64,000 nt of DNA from Octopus bimaculoides (GCF_001194135.2 NC_068982.1:31278617-31342616); one strand, 5' to 3'. Shown: positions 12,592 through 25,450, counted from the first letter of the stretch. Numbers and translations are program-made. The notes: generated by a model not told the origin, from the sequence alone.

Positions 12592-13014
12592 ACTCCAGAA
12601 GCTACAGTCGATTATCATTCATATTATTTGAGAAGCAGGCATGGAAGGTGCTGACATAAAATGCCACCTTTCCTTACGTATGGATCACATCATTTATTTT
12701 GGGGGAAGAATATAGTTTAAGATATCAATTATTCCGTTTACATTATTATTTATTTTATTGATATTTCCTGTCTTGGATCTGCGAATTAATAAACTTTACC
12801 ACAGGTATAATTGCATTTATGATACTAATACATGGGACAAAATATACTGCTTGTGATTAGCAAATAGAAGATTCTGACTTGCTTTACAGAGTAAAATTAT
12901 TGCTTGAAATCACTGAAATACGGCCAAGTTTGTTCACTTCAGTAAATCCAAATGCCTAGCCAGTGGTATATGTAATATATGGATCAATATTATTTAATTT
13001 TTAGTATTACCTTT

Positions 13015-13263
13015 TGATTGTTTCAGTTATTAGGCTGCATCCATGCTGGGTCCCTGCATTGAAATATTTTAGTTGAATGAATTGACCCCTGTACTTTTCT
13101 AAGACTGATATTTATTATACAAGTTTCTTTTTACAGAACCGCCAAGTTTCTCGAACGCAAAGGCATAAACACCGATTGACAAGCGATGGTGGGTGACAAA
13201 CACAAGTACACATACAAACATTCACACACACGCACACACACACGTACAAAGACACACAAACGC

Positions 13264-13296
<33 letters not shown>

Positions 13297-13438
13297 CGAC
13301 AGGCTTCCTTCAGTTTTCGCCAATCAAATCCACTCACGAGTCTTTGAACAGCCTGAGGCTATAGCAGGAGACACTTGTCCAAGGCGCCACACTAAACAAT
13401 GAGTTTGGGAAACAAGCTTCTTAATACAGCCACGTGTG
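13015..13438 (-). mobile_element. SINE family 1, near full length, diverged
   Basis: Colinear with 45911-46324, including the central (CA)/(TA) tract. Confidence 0.8.
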
Positions 13439-15832
13439 CTACATTATGTGAAAATAAAGTTGCCTCTATTGTCTGTGTAAAATCTTGTCAAAACTAAATG
13501 CTCAATATTTAAAAGTGCTAATAAATGGTAGCATCATTGTATATTACGTTCTGTAACATAAATGCTTACTAACATTAATGACACTGGTTTTTAAAACGTA
13601 AACACACAAATATTAAATGTGCACGCGGGCGCGTGTTTGTGTGTTCGAATGAAACCACATCATATACTTATAATGTATCATTTCTTTAATGTTTTACATA
13701 TTCCTTAATTTAGATTTACCATCTTCAAAATGTTTTAAACCTCAAAATATTCAATTAATTGAATTTAGATTGTTCATTAGCTGTTTCTTTTATATTCCTG
13801 AAACTATTGTGGAAACGTGCACAAATAATATTAGTTTCAATATGATGCATGGAAATGCTGGGATCTTAAACATATACTATGGACTGTTCATATTTTCAAA
13901 AATTTCTATCCGTATTAGAAAGATGTGGACACGTGAGAGGCAAAATTGAGACAGACAAAGTGTTAGAGAAAGAGAGTGAGATGAATAGACAGACTAACTA
14001 GACTGAAAGACAGATAAAGATAGAGAAAGAGAAAGAAAGAGAGAGAGAGAGAAATAGAACATAAAGCTTTAAATATAAAGAGAACTAAAATGAAATGAAG
14101 ATAATGGAAGCACAGAAACTCACCAGGCTCTCGTTTGATGGATATTTTTCCATAATTTCTTCCTTTGCTGTCTAATTAGTCAAAATAAATCAAATAAACA
14201 TCGAGATAAAAATACAAAGAATACAAAAACAACTTTATATTGGTTTGAGAAGCTTGAAAGCTATATAACAACTTAGAAATGACAATTGCATTTTCTGAAA
14301 TGAGCAGAAAAATCAGTTATACCTTTCATCAATTATGTATTTTTCTAATTAGTGCCACAGATTTTTCAGCAACTAATGACATTCATGTGTGACATTTTAT
14401 TGATTACAAACATATAATGTTTCTTATAGCTTTTTGTTTTGTGTATATTGATTGTTTATTTTATTTTCTATCCTTCTGAGTTTTGTTTGTTTTCGTAAAT
14501 AGTTTATTTCTGAAAACATAATTGAAGAAAATTTATTTTAAGTTAAATTTAAGGAAAAACAAGTTATAAATTAAATTCTTTAAATAAAAACTGATTTTGT
14601 GATTATTCAGTAATAAAATATGCTAGTCAAATCTAGTATAGTATGACTTGGAATATTTCAATTGTTATTTTAGTGCAAACATTGTACTGGTTTAGCTATA
14701 CCACACAGTCCAATATTCAAATTTATGTGTTTTAGTACAATATGAAATAGTGTAACTTTGATTACAAAAAAAAAAAAAAAAAAGACAAAAACTTTTGATT
14801 ACATTTGAAGGAAGAAAGATAAGTTTTTTTAAATATCTGATTAATGAAAGGAAAAGACTAATAATTTTTTGGTATTTTTTTTCTTTAAAAAGACAACACC
14901 AATCAACTTTTCATGTTTCGGTTACAGATGCGGAAGAGCCAATATATTAAGGAATGTAGATACATTTGGGTCTGGAGATCCGATTTTACCTATTTTAGTA
15001 GCTTTTGGACTATCAAATATGTCCATCCTCTCTCAGCCCCTAAATATATTATCATCCATTACATATTTCAAGGTTGTTCTGTTGTGAAATTATAGATATC
15101 GAATTGTTAACTTACGCTTCTCTCTTCAACATCGGTTTTTAACATGATATACATCAAATCAAACAAACACCCGTGCACTCGCATAATCACACCCAAAGCC
15201 AAGCAAATACACGCACGCACGCACACAATTCAGGTTGCTGGAGCGTTCTAAGAGGTACTAGAGGTACTCACAAATATACTTATAGTCTTAAAGTATACAC
15301 ATATACGCTTATCCATCTATACATTTGTATATGACACTATTTTCGCGGATAACGGTCAAAATTCAAAATTGCTTTTTAAAAATTTTAAAATCTTTTTGCA
15401 TGCATATACATATTTATATATACACTCATAGTCATATGTGCATGCCTGTACATACTCATACACTCACATACTCACAAAACACATACACACACGTACACAC
15501 ACATACGTACATATGAATATAAACAATTACAGAATAGCGGTACGCCTGACAAACCATCATGTTTAAGCTGCATGCGGATTGGTCAAAACTATATTCTAAA
15601 ACTTCAGCTTGCTGGAACGTTCTAAGTGGTACTAAAGTTGCCAAGAACTAAACTGTCCGTGAAACACATTTGAAATCTGATCATTAATCTATGTATGAAA
15701 GCGCTAATTTAACATTATGAGCATTACAAAATATTTTTTAATGTTAAAATACCATAATATAAAACGTGAAAACCAGACCATGTTATAACTTTATCCAACT
15801 GATATATTATTCTATACACATCCACATAAATT

Positions 15833-16270
<438 letters not shown>

Positions 16271-16624
16271 GAAACACGTCTCAGTACAATTTCCGTCTTC
16301 CGTCCAACGATTTCTACTAGCCACAACCATGGCTTTACGAAGCAAACTTCATCTAATAATTCCTGCGTCAACTTGTTTTCATAGTTTTATTTCAAATCTT
16401 ATTCATTCCGATAAATGGTTTCGAACAGAATTTAAAATACGGATAAATAGATTTTTAAGGAACGCCCTGATATCTTTTTCATCGAAATCGACTTGTTTTG
16501 TACTATACATATTCTTTGTAATATCTGTACCAATCTTTGTATTAGTATGTTATCCATAATATTCTTAATTTTAAAAACTGTGGTTTTGGTTAGGTATATA
16601 CCTGCTCCATGCAGGTATATACTT

Positions 16625-16931
16625 ATATATCTGCATCACTGATCATGAGCAGAAGCAGTGGCGGAGAAATATAGTCATGTGTTGAGAGGAATTCTTTGGT
16701 GTTTTGATAATTCACCTCTGGAAACATGGGTGTTTCGTTGAACATCCTTTAAGCAATATTTACTCGGGGATTTGTTAAGTGGAATAGGCTACTTGACCTG
16801 AAGAAAATTCTAACTAGACGTCAACTACACTGTTTATCTTGATATGAGATCACCGTATCACGCATATATACAGTTGAGATAGATATATTTGTACCTCAGC
16901 GTCATTTTGATAGCATGCACTGCTCTCTCAC

Positions 16932-16932
<1 letters not shown>
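16625..16932 (+). mobile_element. Interspersed repeat, middle and 3' part, followed by (TAA)n
   Basis: Shares GATCAC..TCGC(G)CA.AT with 17021-17337; family recalled as a common octopus repeat; class uncertain. Confidence 0.6.
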
Positions 16933-16998
<66 letters not shown>

Positions 16999-17020
16999 TA
17001 ATAATAATAATAATAATAAA

Positions 17021-17334
17021 TGCCCTGATGCAGTACCAGGCAGCGGCTCTCATGGCTTCTTATCTTAATTTATTGGAAGTGTTATCATGTATATTGTTTT
17101 GTCTTGGTATAATTGATGGGCTACAGCAAATATTCTGCTCAATACCACAGATTTGTTTGTCAGTTGGTTGATCTTAGCCAGTCGAGCATGTCCCTTAGTG
17201 ACTGATGATATGTGCATCTCTGATTACGATCACAATGTCGCGCACATATGGTTGTGATGTATGTGTCTTGTGTACACCTATCAGACGGGTAGTCATGATG
17301 GATACACTGAGCTTCGTATATTTTACCCCAGTGT

Positions 17335-17337
<3 letters not shown>
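17021..17337 (+). mobile_element. Same repeat family, 5' part fused to a 3' part; flanked by (TAA)n and (TAC)n
   Basis: Begins GCCCTGATGCAGTACCAGGC; internal junction at TCTGATTACGATCACAATGTCGCGCAC. Confidence 0.6.
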
Positions 17338-17385
<48 letters not shown>

Positions 17386-18122
17386 ATAATAATAATAATA
17401 ATAATACAGATAATGAGTTATCAGTGTACCAGAAGTGCTTTTATGATATTGTCGATTTGGGCAAAAAACCCATTAAATTTCTTTCCTGACTCGATATTTT
17501 ATGAATCCTTTTTGCTTCGACCAATGACATACATACCTAAGGTAGTTTTACGATAGTTACGCTATGTGGTGTCGACATGGTCACTTGCAAAAACGTTAAC
17601 AGGTGTAAAATAAGGATAAAGAAACCAATAGGAAAAACTACTTATAGCTCTCATAATATTTTGAGCTTTGTCAACTTTGCTCAGTAGAATAGAATCAGTG
17701 GGCATTGTTCGGTTCTGATCAAAATCTTGAGAACTATATCACAAATGACTGTTTTCCGAGGTATTTTCCCGAAACAATAAAGGAGAAAATGTATTGTTCT
17801 GTTATGAAGACTACTCTTGTGAAAGAAGTTTTACCAATATCGGTGCTGTAGTTGCTGCTGCTGCTGGTATTATTGGTTTATGCCATGCCAATTTTATTAC
17901 TTTTATTGCTACTATCGTTGTTACTGTTGTTGCTCCTGCTGCCGTTAGTATTGTTGTTGCTTTAGGCTTTGAAATATCAAAGCTTATATCTTTTTTCCAG
18001 ACATGGTGGAATTTACATAGTCCTTCAAAAGAGCAAGGAAAAGCTCCTATGAATATATGGTGTTTATATTGTCCATTGACTATAATAAAGTATATAATAG
18101 TATATATCTTTCTTTACGATAG

Positions 18123-18259
18123 GAGGAGACAAGAAAACCGTAAATGCGTCATGCAGCACCCCAGAGTTTCAGGATGCAATGTATGAGAAGAAATTACAAC
18201 CGGGTGATAGCCAAGGATATTCCGATAGAAGTTATATTAAATTTCATAGAAATGATTAA
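18123..18259 (+). CDS. Candidate terminal coding exon of an unidentified gene
   Basis: Acceptor TATCTTTCTTTACGATAG; phase-1 frame GDKKTVNASCSTPEFQDAMYEKKLQPGDSQGYSDRSYIKFHRND*; AATAAA downstream near 18372 and 18530. Confidence 0.3.
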
Positions 18260-18945
18260 TATCTTGATGTATTTTTAACTTCATTTTTATGGTACCGTAT
18301 GCTTACATCACCGTAACCACCTGTAGTACATTTGCAACACAGTTTATATGAGTGGATATATTCTCGTGAGAAATAAAACAAGAAACTACTTATTATTTAT
18401 ATTATATATAGACATCAATGCAACGACAGATATGGTTTTATGTGCTAGTGATGTTTCGAAAAAATTATTAGGTAACTGTCCAAACGGCATGACTTTTTGA
18501 GTACTTTTTATGTGAGTCCGTTACACACAAATAAAGTGAAAGTATTCTTTCATCTTCTCTCCCGTTTGAAGAATATATTTCACATTATAAAGCAAGTATT
18601 TTATGTGGGAGGGAGTCAAACAAATTTCAAAAGTATTAGCACTCGTGACGTGAACAGAATTTCTGGTAGAAGAATCCTCGAAAGATGGTAGCAACACATA
18701 ACACAACAAAATTTTTAAGAGATTAATAAAGATGAACAGAAAAATGTGACATTTGAATAAACACATGGAGGTCATATACATTCTTACATTCCCATCTGAT
18801 CCATGGTATACATTTCACATAGAATTTAATGATTTGCAACTTAAAATTTGTGCAAGTTAACCAAGTTTCTAAACAAACTTACACGATTAATCCTTATTCG
18901 AATATACATTTCTTATTTACTCTTACATCATTTGTGTTTCATATG

Positions 18946-19055
18946 TTTCAGCCATTGGACTGCGGTCATACTGGAGCACCGACTCGAAGGGTTTAGTCGA
19001 ACAAATCAACCTCAGTATTTACTTTTTAAAGTCTAGATATAAACAAACCAACACC
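18946..19055 (-). mobile_element. SINE family 1 3' fragment
   Basis: TTTCAGCCATTGGACTGCGGTCATACTGGAGCACCG tail motif. Confidence 0.7.
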
Positions 19056-19061
19056 GGTTAT

Positions 19062-19282
19062 AAAAAAAATTGTGCGAATTTGCTTTTTGTCCATGTTGTA
19101 TTCAACGTTCCGGAAAAAATGGCCTAATTTTCAAAAAGGAAAAGAGTAACAAGATTCGGTAGAGCGATAAACAGGCTTTAAAATGATATATAAACTCAAA
19201 CTAATTTAACGAAAATTAATTTGAAAATACTTCATTTAAAACCCAAATTAAAAATTCCGCAAGAACTTTCTTGACAACCTAA
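19062..19282 (-). mobile_element. mariner-like terminal fragment
   Basis: Minus strand begins TA|TTAGGTTGTCAAGAAAGTTCTTGCGG, resembling mariner TIRs, and abuts a (TACA)n tract. Confidence 0.45.
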
Positions 19283-19286
19283 TACA

Positions 19287-19319
<33 letters not shown>

Positions 19320-19479
19320 GCATGCATACATACCCTATACGTACACACATGCATGTATATATATNNNNNNNNNNNNNNNNNNNNNNNNNNNNNNNNNNNN
19401 NNNNNNNNNNNNNNNNNNNNNNNNNNNNNNNNNNNNNNNNNNNNNNNNNNNNNNNTATATATATACATACATACATATC

Positions 19480-19815
19480 AGTAATGTTTAACGCCACTTC
19501 AACATGGCTGTTCCCTTCGAAAGACGTTACTGCGATTTTTTAAGCCAAGAGGACATTTCCTCTAGCTGGTTAATGATGCACGCCTGCATCCGACGAGGTG
19601 TCCAGTACTGAAGAAGGGCAAAAAATAGTCCGAAACCAGCTTATTTACTAGTTCTGTCACTAGAAGGTGGTATGGGTTCGCTCCCCTGCTCGCAGTATAT
19701 CGGATGCCGTTGTGCATCGCTAACCAGTTAGAAGACATGTCCTCTTGGGGTTAAACAATCACAGTAATGTCCGTTTGAACGAAACAGCCATGTTGAAGTG
19801 GCAACAAACATTACT
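19480..19815 (+). mobile_element. ~335-bp element with ~115-bp imperfect inverted arms and a hammerhead-like core in the spacer
   Basis: Arms 19480-19593 and 19700-19815 are reverse complements (GCCACTTCAACATGGCTGTT../..AACAGCCATGTTGAAGTGGC; CCAAGAGGACAT/ATGTCCTCTTGG). Confidence 0.85.
19564..19660 (+). ncRNA. Hammerhead ribozyme-like motif
   Basis: CTGAAGA (19608-14), A, stem II GGGC/GTCC, GAAA (19632-35); ACCAGCT can pair with AGCTGGT (19564-70). Stem I is imperfect. Confidence 0.55.
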
Positions 19816-20648
19816 TGCCAGTGCACCTACATAGACTTTAAAACTAGTTTATTTGCGTGTTATATATATATATATATTCATACATAACTCACACACACTC
19901 GTGTTTTACATTGCCTGCCATTATACGTTTGTAAATATTTAACAAGTACTTTGGAGTTTACTGTTTAAATTGCTATGATTATTTTGTGTGTTTCATCGCG
20001 TTATAAAATGTATTTAGATATTTCATTGAAGTTTATTTTCGAATTGATAACATAGTCATGTATACATATGATATACCAGAGAAAATATTATTTCACACTA
20101 TATAAAACAATATCATACGTTTTGCTCAGTACATTCAAAGCTGTCTCCTGCAATAAAATTGAATATATTTATTTTGCTTTTATTTTATGAATGTACCCAC
20201 ATACATTTCGGATTACAAACGCGCGCACAAACACGCGTAAGTGCACACACACACGCACACACACATACACACACACACATATATATATCAGTGTGTATGT
20301 ATGTGTGTATTTTTCAAGTAGTTATGGTCAATAAATTTCTTACATATACACACATTTCTTACTAATGATATAAGTATCGCTGTATATGTTAAAATCCTGC
20401 GTGTATGCATATATGTTCGCATGTGTTCATGAGAGGCCCCGGGATTGCAATGAATAAATTTCACACCCTTATCTATGTGACAAATATAAAGTATTTCTAT
20501 TTCACGAAAATTCTTTGGTGGTATTCAATAAGCTGAAACTAGACATAGGATGTTGAAATTATTTTAAATATTTACATAAAGGTTTATATACAAAAAATAA
20601 CTTTCTAAAAAGTTCTGCTTTCCTGTATATTCACACAAAATTCCAAAG

Positions 20649-20759
20649 AGCACAATGCATTAAAGCGAGAGCATTTCAATACTTTTATTCTATGGCTAGA
20701 CGCAGGTTTCCGCGGGTCATTAACCGAGTCAGAATTTCTGAGTATTATTGAGATAACCG
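20649..20759 (+). CDS. Candidate internal exon (phase 1-1)
   Basis: AG..GT bounded 111-nt open frame EHNALKREHFNTFILWLDAGFRGSLTESEFLSIIEIT; donor GTATAA is weak. Confidence 0.25.
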
Positions 20760-20863
20760 GTATAATTTTCGTTTTGTAAGATTTTTTATTACCGTTAACC
20801 CTCATAAAGCCAATGGAAGATTGTTGCACAGGAAAAAGCAGCTGGAAAATAATTTTTGTTGTT

Positions 20864-20865
20864 GA

Positions 20866-20920
<55 letters not shown>
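20864..20920. repeat. (TAT)n microsatellite / LINE tail
   Basis: Directly visible; abuts an RLE LINE 3' end. Confidence 0.95.
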
Positions 20921-20923
<3 letters not shown>

Positions 20924-21270
20924 TTTGCCTTTGCACAGCTTCTAACGCTGGAGATGTACTGTGGTGTCAGCTGTTCACTACCAATGAACTAAGGTAACAC
21001 CTCTTATTTTTCGAGCACCTTCCGGAGTATTCGGGCGGTTCCAAGCAGTGCTGTTTTCTGCAAGTTCTCCATCGCTATTTCAGCTCCTATTTGTTACCGG
21101 ACTGCTTAGGTAGTAACACTCCATGACCACAGCATTAATTTACTTACTTCATCTACGCCGTGTGTTGTGGTTCCTTTCTGGATATCGACAGGCTGGAGCC
21201 GGACCAGAATCTCTGAGCCTGCCGGGTGGAACACTGTCACAATCATTGACTTCAGTTTCGTTACCACCGT
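20921..21270 (-). mobile_element. Dong/R4-like RLE LINE miniature (ORF N-terminus fused to C-terminus)
   Basis: Minus strand: ..RRR*SK*INAVVMECYYLSSP joined to QIGAEIAMENLQKTALLGTARILRKVLEK*, then 3' UTR and (TAA)n. Confidence 0.75.
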
Positions 21271-21290
21271 TATTTACAATATTTTTTTTT

Positions 21291-21650
21291 TCATTGCCAT
21301 TCATATGAGGTAGCGATTATCAGGTTGCGTTGTTTGTTTGTTTGTCTATGGACAAGATATCTCAAGAACCATTGGATGGATTCTGATGAAACTTTTAGGG
21401 ATGTTGGGCCTCGTGACTGGCAGGAAATGATTAGGTTTTGGGATCGATCCGGTACCGAACAAGGATTCTGGATTATTCTTCATGTCTTTTTTTAAACTTA
21501 ATTTTTGAGAGCGCTCGAGTTCACTTTAAGTATTCTTGTTTGTGAGAGCAGTCGAGTTTATTTCAGATATTCAACTTTTAAAAATCATCTCCAGCTAATC
21601 GTTGAGAGGACGTTGTTACCTTAGCGGATGTTGGTGCTCTCTGAGAGCCC

Positions 21651-21655
<5 letters not shown>
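21291..21655 (+). mobile_element. Helentron/DINE-like non-autonomous element (HINE), diverged
   Basis: (GTTT)n near the 5' end, GGACAAGATATCTCAAGAACC..GGATTCTGATGAAACTTT..GATCCGG, and a 3' end GCGGATGTTGGTGCTCTCTGAGAGCCCTTGTT resembling the GGCGGAGGT..GCTCTCTGAGTGC ends of this class. Confidence 0.65.
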
Positions 21656-21717
<62 letters not shown>

Positions 21718-21718
21718 G

Positions 21719-21757
<39 letters not shown>

Positions 21758-21765
21758 GTTATTAT
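21654..21765. repeat. (TAT)n microsatellite
   Basis: Directly visible. Confidence 0.95.
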
Positions 21766-21844
21766 TGCTGTCATTGTTGTCAGCTAGTGAAAACGTTTTT
21801 ATAGCTCCGTGAGTTGTAGTTTGTGCAGAAATTTTTGAAGATTG

Positions 21845-22296
21845 CTGCATCTTTCTTTCGTTTCTTGTATGGGACCCCTCCTGTTAACTAGAAGGGGTCC
21901 ATTGATGAACGTTCGTCCTTTTGGTGGCAATTTTGGACTTACTGTCATTTAAAAAATAATTGGTCTTCGTTTTACGGAAAGCAAGATCGACTCCATTGTC
22001 GTGGGGAGTGGCAGTGGCTGTCCTAGCATGCCCCTCTTCGCTGGATACTAGAACTACGTATCTCCGTGTCGATCAGGAGAGGGCGGTGGTGGCACTGCGA
22101 TGCTTTTCCGGAAAGGTCTGAATTTGAAAATAAAAGCAATCTTCATGGATCCAGAAGATACGTTGGTGCTCCTGGATGTGAACAACAGTGACGGCGGTGC
22201 ATTCAGACTGGTGGTTGCCTAAACTCCAACAGGGCCAGGGTGGCCGGATTACTTCAAGCGTCTGGAGACTTTCGAACTTTAGTGTTAGTAGGGGAT
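21845..22296 (+). mobile_element. Tx1/L1-clade LINE endonuclease (APE) fragment
   Basis: SPCRSGEGGGGTAMLFRKG..LVLLDV..AFRLVVA*TPTG..YFKRLETF..LVLVGDWNA; GDWN is the APE motif and the GGG(V/T)A(V/M)L motif is typical of Tx1. Confidence 0.75.
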
Positions 22297-22323
22297 TGGA
22301 ATGCTATACATACACACACACAC

Positions 22324-22373
<50 letters not shown>

Positions 22374-22486
22374 NNNNNNNNNNNNNNNNNNNNNNNNNNN
22401 NNNNNNNNNNNNNNNNNNNNNNNNNNNNNNNNNNNNNNNNNNNNNNNNNNNNNNNNNNNATATATATATATATATATATATATACT

Positions 22487-23530
22487 GGGAAGTCCCGTAG
22501 AATTGTTACATTTTCTCCCTCAGTTACGCCCTCAGGGTAGTGCTTGTACTTTTGATATTATAATGCCGACATTATCTAATGTAGATATTGGCCAACTCTG
22601 TCATGTCTTGATTTGTAATTTGATGCTAAAAGCTTACATCCAGAGATTAGGTGATCCATTGTTTTTATGCCATTGTTGCAGTATCGGCACTTTGGGTCTA
22701 GACCATTTTCATCACATTGGTTTGATAGTTCCTTGTCAATAAGTTCTGATCTTGGGCAGCCAAGATAGGGCCTTCACTGTCTCCCTTTAGCTCTGAGCTC
22801 CGTAGCCACTGATGAGTGTGCTTCTGGTCTACAGCAGCTTGTTTACTGCGGATCATATATTTACCGTGCAGAGGGTTTTGTTCCCACCTATCTATCAATT
22901 CTTCAAACACATTCTGCTTTACTATTGACTTCACTTTCTTTGCAACTACAATTGCTGCACTTCCCTCATGCTCTTCAACATGGGTATTATGCATAAACTC
23001 ACTTGAAAATTTTTTGCTCTCCTTCACAACAGAAAGAAACTACTTACGTCTTCTAGGGTTTACAACGATCTTTAACATTCACTCGTTAGATGTTTCAAGA
23101 TATTTTACCAGTCCAGTTGTGGTGGTTTTGTAAGAGATTTCAAATTGGATCAAGCCTCAACCTCCTTGAGCTCTGGGTTGGTAAAGACGATCTTCCACTG
23201 CCTTTGTGCGGTTCATCTTATTGCAAGCCAGCAGCTTACGGATTTTCCTGTCAATCTTCCTTATTTCACTAATATTCCAGTTCAACACATTGAAACTAAA
23301 TAATAAGAGAAACTGTTCAGGAATTTATAGCTAACAGCTTGTTACGTGCATTTAACTCGGATATTAGGATTGCACGAACTCTCCTGCCTCATTCTTTCTT
23401 GGTATTCTCTTTCATACTTGCATGTTGAATGCCAGAGCCCTCATGTATTCCGAGGCATTTGTAAGTTTATTCCTGGCTCGAGATCTTTTACGATTGTTTC
23501 AACAGCCAACGCCACTGAATGCGTGGTCTT
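22487..23530 (-). mobile_element. Dong/R4-like RLE LINE fragment (RT thumb, zinc knuckle, start of RLE)
   Basis: YKCLGIHEG..RRVRAIL..KIDRKIRKLL..WEQNPLHGKY..HQWLRSSELKG..ILAAQDQNLLTRNY..WDFP. Confidence 0.9.
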
Positions 23531-23592
<62 letters not shown>

Positions 23593-23604
23593 TAATCATT
23601 ATTA

Positions 23605-23680
23605 TTTACTTTTAATCTGCATGTTTTTATAATCCCTTGCCGAGACACACCCGGCGTTCTTGGATGAGTAGGGATAAGAG
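23605..23680 (-). mobile_element. RLE LINE extreme 3' end
   Basis: CTTGCCGAGACACACCC is the reverse complement of GGGTGTGTCTCGGCAAG at 62743-62759; followed by (TAG)n/(TAA)n on the minus strand. Confidence 0.6.
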
Positions 23681-25450
23681 GTGCATATGCACACATACAT
23701 GTGCACCCTCATGCACATACAGTTGCGCGCACACACACACACACACACACACCACCCAGACAATTATACCAGCACAAACATACTCAGACAGACACACACA
23801 CACATACTCTCGTACACGCACATAACATCTCTACCAACAAAACACACACAAACATACACATACACACACACAGACGCACACATACACACACACACGAACA
23901 AACACATACACACAAACACATACACACATGCACACACATAGCACCCTGACAAATACAAATCATACACAAATATACGCACCATCCTGGTAAATATAAAGCA
24001 CACACAGTGTCGCGATTGAAAGTTCTTAATCCCTCCACTGTATCTGTAACCATAAAACATGCGTTTATCCTTAAAATATTTAGTATTGTTTCCAAATTAA
24101 AGGGTAACATTTTTGTGAACGGCGAAAATTCGTCAGTTAAATGTATGGGATAAAACTCCGTCTTGATGTAATTATTGTATACAGAAATCAAATTTTATAA
24201 TTTAATTTTCATTAGGAAGTTTCTTAGATAAATTCTACTTGTTATCTTATATTACCGCCATTAAAATTATCGTACTTACCACCAGCTTCAAAATTAGCGG
24301 CATCAGTAGCTCCATCAGTCACTATCAGTAGGGTTTTTTTTTTATATCTCTCGCTATCACTTTATATTTTTGCTGCATCATCATTAATATTAGCAACTCT
24401 ATCACCGCTGTCACCACAATCACCCACTTTTCTTTATCATCACCATCATCACCATTATGTGGGTGATAAACTTGATAATGATAATGATGATAATGATGAT
24501 GATGATAATCATTATCATAGTCGTCGTCGTCGTCATGTTTCTCTCCCCATCGTCGTAGTCATCATTTAAAATTATGTTTCTCAATTTCTTTATTGCTGTA
24601 GACCAAATTCTACCACTGCAATTCAAATTTATTTTATTTTTCGATACTTTCTTTTTAATGACATGTGGTATAGAGTGCCTTTATCAATGAAAGGCTTCTC
24701 GAGTCTAAAGTGATAACTTCTTAATTCACCTGTTTAAATTCTTTATCTATTGTCTTAGTTTTTATATTCTTTTAGGCTTCTTTTGGTTTATTTTGGTTTA
24801 AAAGCGACAAGAAATATTTGAGCCAATCTGGGACGTCTGAAGTTTATAGAATTCTTCTTTTCTGTATATCATTGTAAACGTAAGGGAATATGAAACCATC
24901 TAAAATTGTTAGGTTTATCGCAAGAATTAGAATTCAAATACGCTGACAGTGATGTCATTATCTTACGAACATTTCAGTCCTGAAATAATTGGCAACTGCA
25001 TCTTGTCATTATTATAGTTTGCTCATGATACATATGGAGCCAAAATAACTCAAACTATAAAGTTTTCTGCTTCGTCAACAGAATAAGATGCATGACTAGT
25101 ATTGTTTAAGTTTGAAATATATATGTATTGTTTGATGGCGTCTGTGATTTATAGTACCGGAAATACTGAAATTATTTTTGTAGTATATTATTAAAATCTA
25201 TACTAAATATATATCATACGACATCATCATTTTTACCTGTTTTTACAATAGAAGCATTGCAAATGAAACTTGCATATATTCCAACGTTTGAAAATGAAAA
25301 TATACAGAAATGTTGTTAAACCTGGGTGTATATGATAAATATAATGCATGATAATTTAAATAGAACAGTTATCTATTTGAAACACGATTACGGAAAGGGT
25401 AACTGAGAAAATATTGCGATGATATATAGAATAAATTTTGTTTACTACAG

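Noticed and set aside
17021-17130. HDV-like ribozyme at the repeat's 5' end
   Set aside because: The possible stems do not occur in the required P1-P2-P3-P1'-P4-P2' order.
17794-18186. Hydrophobic transmembrane-like ORF (IGAVVAAAAGIIG..)
   Set aside because: Derived from a decayed (GCT/GTT)n tract.
24275-24345. vWA-like LLIVTDG peptide with a GTAAGT donor on the minus strand
   Set aside because: Embedded in a degenerate trinucleotide repeat, with an in-frame stop just upstream and no usable acceptor.
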